This document shows positions 26,213 to 41,976 of a DNA stretch of 64,000 bases, one piece after another. The stretch covers positions 310,992,001 to 311,056,000 of the forward strand of contig OZ024740.1 in the NCBI GenBank assembly GCA_964016885.1, written 5' to 3'. Numbering within the stretch: position 1 is the stretch's first letter; each line of letters opens with the position of its first letter. The translations under genes and the position numbers were made by a program. Under the pieces are notes generated by a model. It was not told the origin of the DNA. It was given only the letters and a program-made list of their open reading frames with translations, and searched no databases. This DNA is from Eledone cirrhosa (taxonomy: Eukaryota).

Positions 26213-27749
26213 TTCACAGCTTGGGTAATACGTATTTCTTTTCAGGTTATTTTTAACTTTACAATTGTATTTAAGCGTTTGTCTGGTGAATCGTTTTGAA
26301 ACGTTACTCGGCTTATTTGTGTGTAACGCTAACACGCTGTGTTCATATAGATATGTTAAAACGTATGTAACTTTTATATCGATATGTTACAATATGTGTA
26401 ATGTTTAAACACTTATGTTGATGAAATATTCGTATGTAGTCTTGCCACATTCTGTAGCTCAACTTTTCCAATGTAGGGCATATCGCCTTCATATAAGCAG
26501 TAATTACACACATCTGAGTATCAGACAGACCACTACGGTCAACATATGTGTATGTAGGTACGTATTATGTAGGCACGTATATATGTAGGATTTTGTGATG
26601 ACAAATTTACATTTACAATGTTCCTCGAAGGAATAAAAATAATTATAGTTTTGAATCAATCTACTCACACAATGAAATCAATAAGCCAGCGTGACACTCA
26701 GCAATCTACTTGCGGATTGATGAATTGCTTATTTACTGCTGGGTTGGAATAATCACTTGCAGTCGAACACAGGGCTTTCAAGAATTTTACATTTCCCGTT
26801 ATATAAACGAGATATACATCGAGGGTAAAAAGTGGTTTCAGGCATTAAGTGTTTGATATCAATTATATTGTTTGGTACAGAGTGATATATATATTTGCTG
26901 CTCTGAAATTATATTTTGAAACATGTTTGTACCATTTATAATTTATCGTCATCTCATTGCTGTATAGTTTCATTGGAACAACCACACCAATATTAGTATT
27001 TATTATATGTTTTAGTTGTTTAACACAAGATCAGCCCTGATTGAACCAATGATCAATGGCATCCTGTTATATTCATACATACATGTCAAGAACAATTTAT
27101 TGTCTGACAATTGCTGATTGTTAGAAATGGAAATATAAACTTCTGGCTGGGGTAATTCCTAAAAAAAGGAATTTTATTTCTCTTCTATTGAAGTTATCAA
27201 TAGCGCTGGCTTATTATATTCCTATCATAGTTGTTATGATTCTTCGTATTTTAGAGAAACACATTTACTATTTTCTTATCAATCAAGTTAACTTGTTGAA
27301 TTCTCGTGAACGGTGATATGTAACAACATATTTATGTGACTTAGACACGTATTACCCAACAGCCATTCATCTTTGGCTTTAGCAGGGATATTTCTCACTG
27401 TATGACCAACAGTAGTCGGTACACAATCTTAGCAATATATTCAAAAAGAAAAAGAAGAAACGTATAAAGCGTACACAGAAGAGAAAAGGCAGGATAATGG
27501 AAAGAAATTCGAAATATAAGGTGAATTTAAACGTTAACTGTGAGATAGGAGAATCTACACGTAGTGGTGATCTTTAACGAAAAATATAGAGACCGGTGAA
27601 GAAAGAACAAAACAATTATTGATTTCAAACATTAGCATAATGCCAGGATATATTAGGATGAAACAGTTAGATAGATTCAATACATATTTTTACTGAGCAT
27701 AGGTACCTTCGTTTCATTGATTTTGTCATCTAGCGCCCATGAAAGAAAG

Positions 27750-27909
<160 letters not shown>

Positions 27910-28084
27910 TATACACACACATTCATATATATATAGCCGTCGAAACGGCTTGAACTCTGCCGTCGGGGTCTTGAACATTTTCATATATATATATATAGAG
28001 AGAGAGAGATATATATATATATATACACATACATATATATAAACAAAGTTTTCTCGAAGATCGAGCTCTTCTCATTATTCTATG

Positions 28085-28153
<69 letters not shown>

Positions 28154-28198
28154 CATATATTATGTATGTATCTTCGAGAAAACTTTGTTTATATATAT

Positions 28199-28269
<71 letters not shown>

Positions 28270-28270
<1 letters not shown>

Positions 28271-28487
28271 AACGATCGACTTTCGTCAAATCGGACCGAG
28301 GAAGCAATGTTTCCGTTGGTCTTTCCAATTGCTGATACTATCTATCGGTCGCAACTCCGAGTAGAAGGAACAACGTGAAATAAAGTCTCTTGCTCAGGGA
28401 CATAACGCATCGCTCGGTCCAGGAATCGAACTCACAACCCCATAATTGCGAATCTAATTTTCTAACCACTCAGTCATACGCCTTCAC
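28270..28487 (-). mobile_element. tRNA-derived CORE-like SINE
   Basis: ttgctcagggacataac, ggaatcgaactcacaacc, ctaaccactcag; second copy at 29027-29243. Confidence 0.7.
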
Positions 28488-29026
28488 CATATATATATGT
28501 GTGGTGTGTGTGTGTGTGTGTGTGTGTGTGTCGTATATGTTGTTTCATTATATAATGTACATTGTAATCTCAAATCGTTTTGAAAAACCATTTTATAAAT
28601 TCCATTTTATCACTTCCTGTGCAGTCTACACTGTTATATACAAACAATATTTCTGGAAAAAAAACATTGCAGCTAATCCAGGAGGAATTACCATTAGAAT
28701 GAAACATCTCCCAATGAATGCTTCTAAATTATGAAATATGCAAGGATTTATAAGAAAACAATCAAACTAAACTGATGGTGGATCTTCCATCGGTTTTGGC
28801 GATGAACATTTAATTATTCAATCAAATGAAGATCCAACTCCGTAGATTAACCTGTAAGTGGCAACGTATTCTACAGACACGTGTACCCTTATCACACGTT
28901 TAAGGCAGAACCAACGTGACCCAATAGGAAAAGGCTGGTGCTTTGAATTACATGCACAATCTATCCGTCAGGCTTCCCCCAGAGTCTCCATCAATCCAGG
29001 TTTACATTCTGGTTTATGTCGATTTG

Positions 29027-29243
29027 ACGATCGACCTTTCGTCAAATCGGACCTAGGAAATAATGTTTCCGTAGGTCTTTCCAATTGCTAATATTATCTA
29101 TCGGTCGCAACTCCAGGTAGAAGGAGCAACGTGAAATAAAGTGTTTTGCTCAAGGACACAACGCATCGCCCGGTCCCGTATTCGAACTCACAACCTCACG
29201 ATTGCTAATCCAGTTCTCTAACCACTCAGCCACACACCTTCAC
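29027..29243 (-). mobile_element. tRNA-derived CORE-like SINE, second copy
   Basis: Diverged direct copy of 28270-28487. Confidence 0.7.
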
Positions 29244-30764
29244 TAGTTTATGTCGATCCAAGGTAAAACTAGCAGATTCTTGCTTGTTCAAGATGCTGCT
29301 TATTGGGAGCGAACGCAGGTCATCCTCATTGCTGAGAAAATTTCATAACCACTCAGCCATAGCTGTGGTCATTTATATTCTAACTTAACTAATCTTTCAT
29401 AGAATGACATCTTCGTGCACAATAACTAACGTAATTAATACATGTAATATTTTAAAAGAAATGTGTAGTGTTATGTCTTTAGAATATATCATAATAGGCT
29501 AACATTACACATTGCCTTCTCAGAAATATTTCAAGCAATCAATCTTCCCAATACTACATTGGTGATATGAAGTGTTGTTTAGTTGTTGGTCATTCAGAAA
29601 ATAATGATGCTCTAGAAGTTTTCAAATGCACTATAAACTGATTGTGAAGTAATAATTTCCTCATTAATGGTTTTTGCTATATTTGCACTATCACTGCATC
29701 GTTAGAAAGAGTCCACAACAAGAATAATATTTTCAGTGTAATAGTAAATAAGATCATAAATAAATAATTATCGTTGTCGCTATTACTGTTATTGTTCTCA
29801 AAGGAAATCATAATTCGATGTTTCTTGATTTTTGTTATTATTAATGTTCATTCTATTTCTTTTACACTAATTCTTATTCTCTTAACATATCATCACAAAA
29901 TATTACTTTATAACGAAAAATGTTTTTTTTTCTTATCTATAAAATGATATTTATAATTGTTTTGGTTTCTGTGGTTGATTTTTATATTTATTGTAAGATA
30001 TTGATCTCCTGCAGTATATTGTTATTTCTCCCTCATAACACACTGATATGTTGTTTTCTTAAGTATTTCATTAACATTTGAAACCATTGTAAAGTCACGA
30101 AATCAAAATTTAGAATCAGATTTAGAAGGAAAATCAATAAACACACTCTATATAGAATAGTCAAAATTGTTGTGACGAAAAATTGATTTAATGACTTATT
30201 TAAAAAGCTAGAAATAATTCCACAGATTGCATCGGCTTTAATTGACAGCCTCAATTTATAACTTCACATTATCTAAATTTCAAATCTCACTATAAGTATA
30301 AAGCTTTCACATTGTCGAAATATATATCTGTAGCTAATAAAGAGACAATGTCTAACTAACTAAGATATTCTATTAATAAAACATCTATAGAGAATTAAAC
30401 TATTTTTCAGACTACTTTTCATTATATTATATTACCTTCCTGAACTTCAAATGTCTTTGCTATGTCTCTGTTTCTCATGCGTCGAACTATAATAATTTGG
30501 TAAATTGTCAAGTTTGGTAAATTGTCAAGTAATCACTATAAATACACCGTCAGTTGACTTTCACTTGTTGACATATGTTTTATAGCACTTGAATTCTATT
30601 ATGTTAAAGAGAATCACGTTTCGTTGAGCTTAAATAAGATTGCGTATAGAAGGATAATAAAATGAAAGTGTTGGTATACTTATACTCCTGTGTTACACGC
30701 CACGGCCTCACGAGTATATGTTTGCCAGTGTGGGTAACTGTGTATTTAATGTTTTCTAATTCAG

Positions 30765-30893
30765 GTACAATACCAGCAATTTTGTGGAGAGGGGATAGTC
30801 TATTATATCGACTGATGTTAGATTTTATCGAGATCGGAAGAATGAAAGATAAAATTGACATCAGCGTATTTTTCAAATCAGAATGTAAAGAGC
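30765..30893 (+). CDS. Candidate host coding exon (129 bp, phase 1-1), product unknown
   Basis: ttttctaattcag acceptor, gtaagc donor, open frame (G)TIPAILWRGDSLLYRLMLDFIEIGRMKDKIDISVFFKSECKE in non-repetitive DNA. Confidence 0.35.
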
Positions 30894-31399
30894 GTAAGCA
30901 ATTACTGCTTAGTATTTGTTCAAAGCTGTAACGTTGTAAATTACCCTATATAAATTGTTGTTTAATGAATTTATGAAAGTTTTCTTATTTAAATAGATAA
31001 CTGAATTCACTACACTTGATTCAGTTAGAACGATCCATAACATTGCCCAAGCTCAAACACAATGATTATAGTATTAGAGAAAGCAGCAATATAAAAACCG
31101 AAATATATATGTTTATATGCATATATTTTATTCGTCAAAAAGAGCAAGGACAGGATTAAGAAAAAACGTAACTTCGTAAAAATGCTATATGCATTCGGTT
31201 TTATTCATAAATATAATAGATAGTCTCTCTCTCATTCTCTCCCTCTCTCTATATATATATAGTCTCTCTCTCTATATATATATATATAGTAGTTGGGAGG
31301 AGTGGTGAGAGAGAAACAAATAAAGGGTCATCTGTCCCTGGAACTGTTTTATAGAAAACCAAAATGGCTCATTATATATATATATATATACAGTATATA

Positions 31400-31905
31400 T
31401 ATCTTTGACCACCTCCCGTCACTAGAGACAATGGCTACAGCAGAAATTTAGTCACTGTCGGGTGTTGCATTTCCTGCTATGGCTAGAAATCTCTACTGCA
31501 TGAGGGACAGATACTACTTTCTTTACAGCATTTGATTTGCGCTTGGCTCTTTTTCTCCTCAGCAACTCGATATAATTTCTCCTTGCTTGTTTCGCGCCTC
31601 TCTGAATGGTGCATTTCCAGGATCCACGTGAGTCTGCAAGGCTTTCCCAGGAATGCAATTTTCCAATTCCTGTTCTTTTCAGGTTTAGTTTGAATACTTC
31701 TTTAAATTTCAGCCGGGGACGGCCTAGAGACCTCGATCACACTGATCGTGCACCGTACAGCAGGTCTTTAGGAATGTGGCCGTTATCCATTCAGTGAACA
31801 TGACTGAGACAGTGAAAACGGTGCTGGCTCAGAAGGGCGGAGAAAGTTGTCAAGCCTGCACGCTCAAGCACTTTAGCATTTGCGATTCTGTACTGCCAAT
31901 GGGTT
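31400..31905 (-). mobile_element. RTE-clade LINE 3' fragment
   Basis: MDNGHIPKDLLYG, GRPRLKFKEVFKLNLK, WESLADSRGSW. Confidence 0.8.
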
Positions 31906-32355
31906 ACACAGTGTAAACGACATTTACTCTCTATGCGAACTTAACCAAAACAAATTTGTCTTCTGTTCCTCCTCCTTCTTCTTCTCCCATTTATTCCTGC
32001 GATAGTTGTGTGAACAAAGTCCTCAAACATGCATTCTAGCGAGCGGGTCTTGTCAGAAGCAACCGTCTCTAATTGATCAGACTGGATCCCCAAAGCGATA
32101 CCAACAACATAAACTTCACTTTAAACAGAACTCTATCAGCTAATCTCACCAGGATTACTTAGCTGAGAAGGAATCTGCCAGTTCCTATATGTATGTTTCA
32201 TTTAAATTTTACTTTAACTGTTTAACATTCAAAACTATTATCCGTAGCCACACATACAAGGATGAGCTGAAACGTAAATAGGGTGACTATGAAGGAGTGA
32301 TGCTAGATCTGTGTAATCTTGCATGCATTAATTTCAACTCTTATTATCATGTATA

Positions 32356-32455
32356 CAGGGTGTCCCCAAAAATTGTTTACACAAAGGCTGTGCATTCTAA
32401 GAAATATTGCCTGTACAGTCAATCATAGTGTGTATACATTTTGGGGGACACCCTG
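32356..32455. mobile_element. 100 bp Tc1/mariner-type MITE
   Basis: TIRs cagggtgtccccaaaaa / ttttgggggacaccctg, TA on both sides. Confidence 0.8.
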
Positions 32456-33220
32456 TATATATATGCACACACATATGTATGTATACTCTTTTACTCTTTT
32501 ACCTGTTCCAGCCATCCGGCTGAGGCCATGCTGGGACACCTATTTCGTCATTTACATCAGCGAGAATACTTTGGATATTCCATGAGATGTTTAGAAACAG
32601 AGATTAAATACTGTAAATTATATTAATAGATTTTTCTTATGTACGATTTAAGTTGCTATAAATATGGTACGTCATAATCTGCTGCATTTGATATTTATTT
32701 TCTTATCAGAGAATAGTGCATATAACCTAATATCCCAAAGATATACAGTCGCTTTTCCCCAGACATTTGAATGCTAAAAATATATCAGTAATATGGACAT
32801 CACACTTAATTTAAATATTTATTTCCCAGACAAATATCTTATTAATATAAATGTATTGTATCTCTATTATATTCTGTCTCCAATTTCGCCCCAAAGTTTA
32901 TCAGTCAATTGTCTTAAATATAATATATAGTATATCTTCGATTTCGTTCCATGCGCATTATCATTTCCAAACATTGAATGTTATATCTATATAATATAAC
33001 TGTAACTGTCATGTTTTGACGGTTAAGATTTAGGAAAATATCTATGTTTACATTTAGCTATTTACCATTGTGCGGGTGCGGGTGTGTATGAATGTATGTG
33101 TGTGGGTGGCAGTATAGCCGTCTATCTCTTTGCTTACCATTCCGCTCAGTGTGTATACTCTTCTTTCCAACCATATGGTAATTCTATCTTTTTCTATGTC
33201 ATATTCTCAACCTTCTCTCT

Positions 33221-33325
<105 letters not shown>

Positions 33326-36300
33326 GAGAGAAGGGGAGATAGAGAGAGGGAGGGAAGAAATGGAGAGAGGGTGAGAGATAGATTATCAAAAGGAACATTG
33401 CACCAGCGAATCAATACTCTTCGAGCATTAGAAATGGGCAATCTTGATTTCTCTTAATATAGAGTATAAAATACATACGCCCCATTCTTTAAATTGTAGA
33501 CTGTTTTCATAATTCGTAGGATTCTGGGAACTTTCAAACTCCATTATATATCCCACTGCCAGAACAAAATAGTTAAACAGTTTCGAACTTTCAAGTTATA
33601 TTTCACACAGCTTATGGTTATAGACAACAATAGATTTAATCCTGCATCGATGAGAGATTCTTATTCCCATGCGTCGCCCGTTATGTAGTAGGAAAATATA
33701 ACATCTTTTGTTGATAAAGTTACCTGAGACTGCCTATCTTTTTTAGTTACCTCGTGTAGCTATGTTATTTTGTCATAGCAATCATATGTATATAGATTGT
33801 ATATATACACATTCCATTCTCTACATTGATCTAACAAACCGATACTATGATTCACTGAAGAAATCTCATCATGCAGAAAGATTCCCGGTGTTGTCACCGT
33901 TTCCTCCTCACTGCATTGCCCATCTCTAATTAAAATTAATTGGAAATCTTTTGCGTCAACTTATTGCAAGAGATTGTTTTAATAGCCATTGAATTGTTTA
34001 ATTCAGTTAAGCTTTGTTCGTCAACAATACGTGTATAGTCTTGAATAATAGAAGTTATCGAGCTCGGTACATTAAGTCTGTTACTACTTACGTTAATATA
34101 AACGATGCGTTTCTTCTCTTCTCCTTTTTTAAAGTGTAGTTAAATGCACAAATTGTATACATTGGGGTCGTCAGGAAAATTAATGGTTAAAAAGATAAAA
34201 TTCGCTTCATAGCCAGGTTGACAAATAATATGTGAGTGAAAATTATACAAATGCTTGTAAATATGTTTGTGTTCTTGTTTTAGTCTAAGATTATAATGTT
34301 GTATAAGGCACAATACTAACAAATGACTTAGTAATCAATTGTTTGAATTTTCTCTAAAACCGTTTAAAATAATTTCTCATGAGTGGTATACATGGTTAAA
34401 TACGTTGAATACAAAGGAAACTTCACCTTGATACAAATAACAGCAAACGCTAACCGACTGCCATTAACAATGTAGGACACATTGGCTAATGTAGGCTTAT
34501 ATAAGTTATCAGAACAAAAGACGAGATCATAATGAATGGAACGTCTTTGATCATATACTCATCTGGGACTAAATAACTTAACGTTCTATTAGTTACTCGG
34601 AGCAGCCTCCATGTGATTGCGCAGCATATTGGAATTAATAGCAAACTGTCTATCAAATTATGCACACCGTCTTTAAAAGATGGAGAGGCCGTATTAGATC
34701 ATTTAGAGGACATACCATTAAATAGACTGAATGTTCATGAGTGGGTTGCTTTCGATGAGGGTTTACATTTGGCTTAATAACAACTTACCGTTCATATTAC
34801 GTCATCTATTGCGATATATGTGCAGTAGCATGCTCCATATTATGTTACTGGCAAACATTCCAATTAGATGAGCTAATATATAAACGTAATCAACGCCGCA
34901 TTGCTTATGGAACGGTTCTGAGGCAACGTGGTCACCGGGATATCATCGGCGAAATACAAAACTGTTGTATTGTTCAGATCAGTCTCGATCGAGTAAATGC
35001 TTAATTAAAAACATTCCAAACGTTACCATCAGCATTTTTTCAGTTCAAGGAAAACTTAATTTGAAATCTCCCGGTGTTTTCATAGCTATGACGTCTTTTA
35101 TCAAAAGTATTCGCGATCACAACTGAGCTATGTAAACAACAGAAACAACAATTATGCTTTTCGTTAACTAAACCCCCAGAGTTTCAATCTCTTTGGTCGT
35201 TAGTTGATCAAGCTAATTGCCGTACGTTTGTCTGTTGCACAGTTGCCACCGAACACTATTGAAAATCAAGTATATTTTATTTATTCTATTTTAAATTGTA
35301 TCCTATATCTTATTTGATATTCTACAATTAATCTCAAATTCCTTAGAAATGCCATTTGTTTCCTTAGAACGTATTGATTTTAATGTATGTATGCGTTGGC
35401 CAGCATAGCTCTCATTATATTTCTAAGCATAAGTGTGTGTTTGAATTGGCCTCAACCTACTATTCCATTGTCCGTAAGATGATGCCTAATAGGCGTTATA
35501 TATTTCGATTTCTAAAGTTCCAGTATACTAGTCACGTTTGTCAAACATTTAGATGTACATTTGAAAGAAAATGAAGCCTCACATACTTCATCAGTAAATG
35601 TAAAGCACCAGACAGCAATCGGCTTCATAATATTGACTGAAATTTTCGCACCAATATATATACAATGTATAAACTGGGTATAGGCGTCGCATTTTCTCTT
35701 AGTTCTCCTTCCTGTCTTAAGTTTGGTGGAATATTGATGCCAATGATTTAATTTGTTTTATCGTGTTTTTATCGGTTTCTCTATCGTTATCATACGTTTT
35801 TCACAGTCTATTAGAGAATTTAAGATGTAAGTCAATGTTCAATATATTCTAATTATATTTACGAATTATTGTGAATATTGTAGAAAGTTTGTTTAATGTT
35901 CTCATATGTTGTATGTTTCTTCTCATTGTCTGGGCAAATAAGTTGAGAGAATCTTCAATTTAAATACCGCGGTACCACATTTAACCACTGACAGTAATAG
36001 GTATGTATATGAGCATATACATGCATATGCATCTGTATTCTGTTATCAATGTATTTGATTTTCACTGAAACTTTATTTGTTACTTTAACAGGTATATTTC
36101 CTAGCTAAAATCGATTGAAAGTCAAAGTAAAACATTTCTATTCAAGATAACAAGTGGTTTTTATTATCAATAACGAAGGTTATTAACTCTCTCTAACATT
36201 ATCTCGCCGTTATAGATCATGAATTTGATTATTATTTTATGCAATACCTATTTATAACATTTACAGTCATCAGAACGAACCAATTCACGTTTTTTTTTTG

Positions 36301-36429
36301 TCGTGCGTGTGTGTGTGTGTGATGCGCCAAGTCTATATAGACAAGATTATTACCATGTCTGTACCGGTTGAGTGAATGCCATTGCTGGAAAATTAGCAAA
36401 ACCTGAAACATCGCTAGCTGTGACATATA

Positions 36430-36543
<114 letters not shown>

Positions 36544-36741
36544 TTGAAATAAAATGAAAACGAAATTTCATTTCTCACTCTTAGTACGGCACTGTTGAAC
36601 AGAAAGGTGACGTGGTTGCCTTAACACCGTACGGCATAAAAATTCAGGCTGTTCAGTTTGTTTACAAACGAACAAAGCGGCGTTATAATAAGCGTCCGCT
36701 TAACTGATACGTGCATATATGTATGTGTACCTGTATGTATA

Positions 36742-36821
<80 letters not shown>

Positions 36822-37354
36822 TGCTACTGTACGTCTGTATACATATATGTATGTAGTTTAGGTATGATACATTTTATTACTAATTATATCTAAATGTTCC
36901 TTCTCTCTTCATAATGTATTTTTAACTCTGATACTGGTTCAGTCTAGTTCAACTGGATTGGTCTGTCCCAGTCATTCATTGAGCAACATCGGTAAGGTTG
37001 GCACCATTAACTCACGGTTGGATGTGGATGCATTCATGTATATGTGTGTGTCCGCATGTATCTGTGTGTTTCTAAATATATATATATATATATATATTCC
37101 GCAGTTCACAGTAATAATAATAATATTACCTCAAAGAAGAATAGAGAATTTTCTTCTGAGCTTAGATACAAATATATTACACAAATAGAAGTGTGTTACA
37201 GAGTGAAATGTGTGTAAAGGATTATTACAAGTGATTTTTACTGTTACTGTATAGAAAACAATATCTACAGGTTTAGCAATTAAATAGAAAAAAACCTAAG
37301 TCAGAATCAAATCTCTGAAGTAGAGTTTTAAATTATTAACCTTATAACTATAAG

Positions 37355-37429
37355 TTTGCTGATACGAATTAAGTTCGTTTCGCCACAGAAATGTGCAGTT
37401 TAACAGCCACAGGTTCATCAGTCAGCAAA
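37355..37429 (-). ncRNA. Type I hammerhead ribozyme inside a (TA)n-flanked element (about 37098-37502) with an inverted end
   Basis: - strand: tttgctga CTGATGA acc...ggc GAAA cgaa-cttaa-ttcg TA tcagcaaa. Confidence 0.75.
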
Positions 37430-37497
37430 TGTGGATTCTGTTTACTACACATCTAGCCTGTTTACTGTGTAACACACTTCTATTTGTGTAATATATT

Positions 37498-37540
<43 letters not shown>

Positions 37541-38549
37541 ATAATAAATGTGAAGACTAAAATCTGAAGAGGGCTCGATAAGGATTATATATATAAAATA
37601 TATATAATCCCGTAGAGCAAATATTTATTATAAGAACAGATTAAAGTTTTAGCAAAGAATCGCTGTTTTCACCCTTCAGAAGATCCCGTTAAGAGTGAAA
37701 GCAGCGATTCTTTGCTTTGTGTTCAATTATAGGGGACATAATAGTACCAGTGGAAATTATATAAACTACGAATAGAAAGGTCTGCACACTTTAATTTATC
37801 TTTTTTTAATTCTTGTGTATTTTCTATTCCGTTCGTAGATATTATGATTTTCACTCTGGTGGTATTATGTCCCCTATAATTGAACACACATCTCTTTGTG
37901 TACTTTTCTCTATATACTGTCTTATAAAGAGCCCGGATCTATTCCTTGAGCTCATTAAATTATAGGGGATTAATATGAGTCTTTAACTCCGTTTTTTAAT
38001 TTTATATATATACACATGTATGCACACATACACATAGACACACACATATCAAATATATAGCTGTCTCGGTGGTCTAGTGGGACGTATCAGAGATCGTGGA
38101 TATCATGGCTTTGGGGTTCAATCTCGGCCAGGATATACATTAAAGGGGTCTTACTTTATGTATATATATATATCTATTTTTGACTAAGTAAATTAACCTA
38201 AAAGTTGGAGTTATAAAAAAAACCCAAATTGGAAAAAGGATGAGCATTGAGGTACATGGGACACGAGCCCACATCTTTGGCTATGATGACTACTGAGTTA
38301 CCCTTACACCAATACGTCATCCATCAAATTTCCAATTGTTTAGGTGTTGATTTTCATCAAAGCTCTTTCGTCAGACATTCTGTCACCTCCTGAATGACTA
38401 GTTCTGTTATCATTTTGTGTTTCTCCTTTGTTCTGTCCTACACCATCTTATTTTTGTGAGATGTGTACATTGGTTGTTCTATCAGTGTGTCTGGTTTGTT
38501 TTATTAGTTTAGTTCTTGTGTGTCTCTGTCTTTGCCTTGTCCTTCGTTA

Positions 38550-39250
38550 CTACGTTGTGAGGTTGGTGCTATTCCACTCATGTTTTTCTGTTTAGTTCTG
38601 GTTGGAGTTCGTTTATATTTGCCGCTTCTGTAATATGTCGGAGTATTGCGTATGTACTGTGTGCGGGTATGATTTTTATCTCAATGTTCTCTTGTGTGCC
38701 TCCATGTTCCATTCCGGCATATAGGTGGAGTTTTTCGAATCTTGGAGTTTCGCCAGTGCTCTTTTATCCTTTCTCCTATACTACGGGCCGTCACACATGT
38801 GTATGTCGTGTTCCTATACCTACACTCCGTAAATCTTATGCTATATACTACGTTTCTAGATTTACAGTTAATTTGTGGTTTTTATTTGCAGACTATACAT
38901 TTTCTATCAGTGCACGGGGTTTTCTCAAAAGGGTATGTTCTACCAATCAGATCTTTTATAGGAGTACCTGTTTTTTATTATCTTAATATTTAATTTTAAT
39001 TTGTCTAGAGTCCTTCTAAATCTATATGCTAGTTCGCATTGACGAACATAACAATGTCATATTTTTTGTCTTCTTAGTTCTCTCTATCCTATTCTAGACT
39101 TTGTTCCTATACATGGGGCATGTTCCATTCGCATAATTTTCTATAATATTCATCCATCTACTTTTCTTTACATTGTACATTACAGCTGCCTTAACTCTGG
39201 AATACAATCCAACACCAGACGGACTGCTTAGACTGGCGAACTGCTTGCAA
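38550..39250 (-). pseudogene. Decayed PLE (Neptune-like) linker and GIY-YIG endonuclease
   Basis: GTCPMYR; KCIVCK*KPQINCKSRNVVYSI...TARSIGERIKEH; LRHITEAANINELQPELN; multiple stops. Confidence 0.75.
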
Positions 39251-39333
39251 ATATACATATATATATGTGTGTGTGTTTGTGTGTGTGTGTGTGTATGTGT
39301 GTGTGTGTGAATTATATATAGATAGATAGATTG

Positions 39334-39383
<50 letters not shown>

Positions 39384-40740
39384 AAAAAAGATGAAATCGA
39401 AAATGCATTTTCGATTTCATCTGTTTTCCTTACACTTTCACTCGTGTAGAACACCTCGTTTTTTTTCATTTTGTAAAAAACCTCACTTTTTAATATATAT
39501 ATATATATAGTAATAATAAATTTGAAGACTAAAATCCAAAGAGGGCTCGATAAGGATAAATTAAAGAAGATCTCGTTAAGGCTGAAAGCAGCGATTCTTT
39601 GCTTAAACTTTAATGTTATTTTAATAAATATATATATATATATATATATATGGATGTACGCGGGATGTCCGTAGATAAAAGGCCAAAGAAAATAATACTC
39701 AATCTATTGCAAGGGAACTTATTTAGTATAATTAAAATTTTATATATTTAACATATATGCGTGTGACCTTAGATTTCGAGGTCCAGTTGTGACCTCCTCT
39801 CTATAGTGGATGAGCCGTTTGAATTCTGGCCAGTCATCTGGTGCCAGGACAAAATTACAGGGAAAAAAGATAAATAACTACATTTGGTTTTAATACAGTG
39901 GAGAGCCCCTTTGCAAGAGTTATACTCACTGAACAAATATCGTAACTCCAATGCTGAATGTTTTAGACATCGTTTGTATCAGAAGGGCCATCTCGTGTCC
40001 AACTGGAAACCCTCACCAGAAGATACCCCCTCATCAGACCTGCTAAATCCTCCATGAAACTATTTCTCTCTGTCAACTATCCACGCACAAACAATTAACA
40101 CATCACATTCACACACACATGCATACAACATAACAGATTTCTGAAAGACGTTTTAGCCTTACTAAATCACATTGCACGCTAGCTAACACACATACAATTA
40201 AACATTTTTCCTTCTTTCTTTTTTTTATGCATATTCAGATTTTAATTATCGGGAAGCTTTTAGAAGAGACCTAAATGTTTACAAAATAACTTGCACGCTA
40301 GATCGCACAAAAACATTTATAAGTATCTCCCATCAGAAGTTACCTCCTCTAGCCCTATAAGGGTAAATAATCTACCATCTTCGTTTGTATCAAATGTCTT
40401 TAAAGTGTTGAAGTTTTTTGAATAATTAGCTTAAAACAGAAGTCACACGCAAATTACACATACACACAGATTAGCTTATAAATTAAGTCATACACATATT
40501 ACAAATAACGCAAGTTTCTAGCCCTGAAAAAACGGAACTCGGAATTGCCTCCATCATTCCCTAAAAGTGGCTCACCACTGAACTAAAACCAAATTTAATG
40601 GGCTAACTGTTATTTCCGCAATTTTTTCCTGATGCCCGATGAGAGGCCAGTATTGAAACGGCTCCTCCATTATACAGTTGTGGCCATAACTGCATAGAGC
40701 GTCATTTTTCGTTGATCTATTCTTCGGAAACTCTTGGCAC

Positions 40741-40823
<83 letters not shown>

Positions 40824-40936
40824 GTTTATCCCGGGTTTAATCGGGAATAACCACAGTAAGTAAGGTACTCAATACATAGCAGAGTGTATAAATATTTAAT
40901 ATAGAAAGGGGTTCTACAGGACTAAAACTTTTTCAG

Positions 40937-40987
40937 GGCTTCCTGATGATTTCTCCCGAATGAAACAATTCTAGTCCTGTAGAAGCC
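40937..40987 (+). ncRNA. Type I hammerhead ribozyme in a (TA)n/(TG)n-flanked element with an inverted partial copy (about 40898-40935)
   Basis: ggcttc CTGATGA tttc-tccc-gaat GAAA ca...tg TA gaagcc; 3'-half relative at about 53616-53655 with GUC. Confidence 0.75.
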
Positions 40988-40990
40988 TTT

Positions 40991-41022
<32 letters not shown>

Positions 41023-41525
41023 CCGTGCGTAACTATAAACGTATATTACTTGTTTGTGCCTCAGTTTACCTTCACATCTGCCTGAGATTTCACTACCTCC
41101 CCAACATAAAAATGATTTCTCTCGTATGTTTTTTTTCTGTTTGTATATAAACGTCACATTGTCAAAAACTTGAAGCTGTTAGAAACAGGTGCAAAAAAAA
41201 AGATATTGTCTGCTTACGATCTAACACCAACGTATTTCACTGAATATTGGATAGTGAATTTATCTTCTTCCAACATTTCCTTACAGACGAATCGACTAAA
41301 TCTTTCAAGTAGAGAGAAATTAATAGTGAGCGAAAGTTCAATGTGTGTGTAAGTGTCAGGGAGTGTTTGTGAATGGAAGTGTGAACAAGGGAAGCGTGAT
41401 AAGAGAAAGGTAGTAAACTTGTGAAATATTGAGATAGAAAGAAGGCAAAAGATAGACAGAGTCATTAATTGAGAATGTACGCAGTATAAACAATGAAGGA
41501 TTGGTAAAATGAACTGAAAGACACA

Positions 41526-41706
41526 TAATTGTTTCTACTTTTGGCACAAGCCCAGCAATTAGCCAGTGTATTACTGGTACTTTATTTTATCGACCCCGTA
41601 AGGATGAAAGGCAAAGTTAACCTCGGCAGGATTTGAACTCAGAATGGAAAGGTCCGTAACTCTTTGCGTCATAGCATGGCGTCCGACCCTCTACCGATAC
41701 TGCCAA
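41526..41706 (-). mobile_element. tRNA-derived SINE
   Basis: Same family as 23725-23912. Confidence 0.85.
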
Positions 41707-41976
41707 GACACATAATGCGAGATAGATACAAAATAAGAGAGAGATAGGAAAGACAGAAACGTAAACTGAATGTTGGTAAGATAAAGGATGTGAGACAAAT
41801 TCAGAAGACAATCCACCTACTGGAAATATGGGATTCAAGTTGTATTAATAGACATACAGATACATAGATAGATACATGTACGGATGGACGAACAGACAGA
41901 CAGATATATGAACGGGTGTATGCTTAGCTAGATAGATAGATAGATAGATAGCTAGATAGATAGATATATAGATAAG

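Noticed and set aside
38059-38135. tRNA-like sequence with A/B boxes
   Set aside because: Does not fold into a cloverleaf; likely a decayed SINE head
38310-38380. CTGACGA...GAAA on the - strand downstream of the Neptune-like ORF
   Set aside because: No proper UH site or stem I register; at best a decayed HHR
39890-40740. Possible PLE C-terminus (LNKYR...CFRHR) and a hammerhead-like segment near 40630-40705
   Set aside because: Motif similarity is weak and stem I cannot be formed
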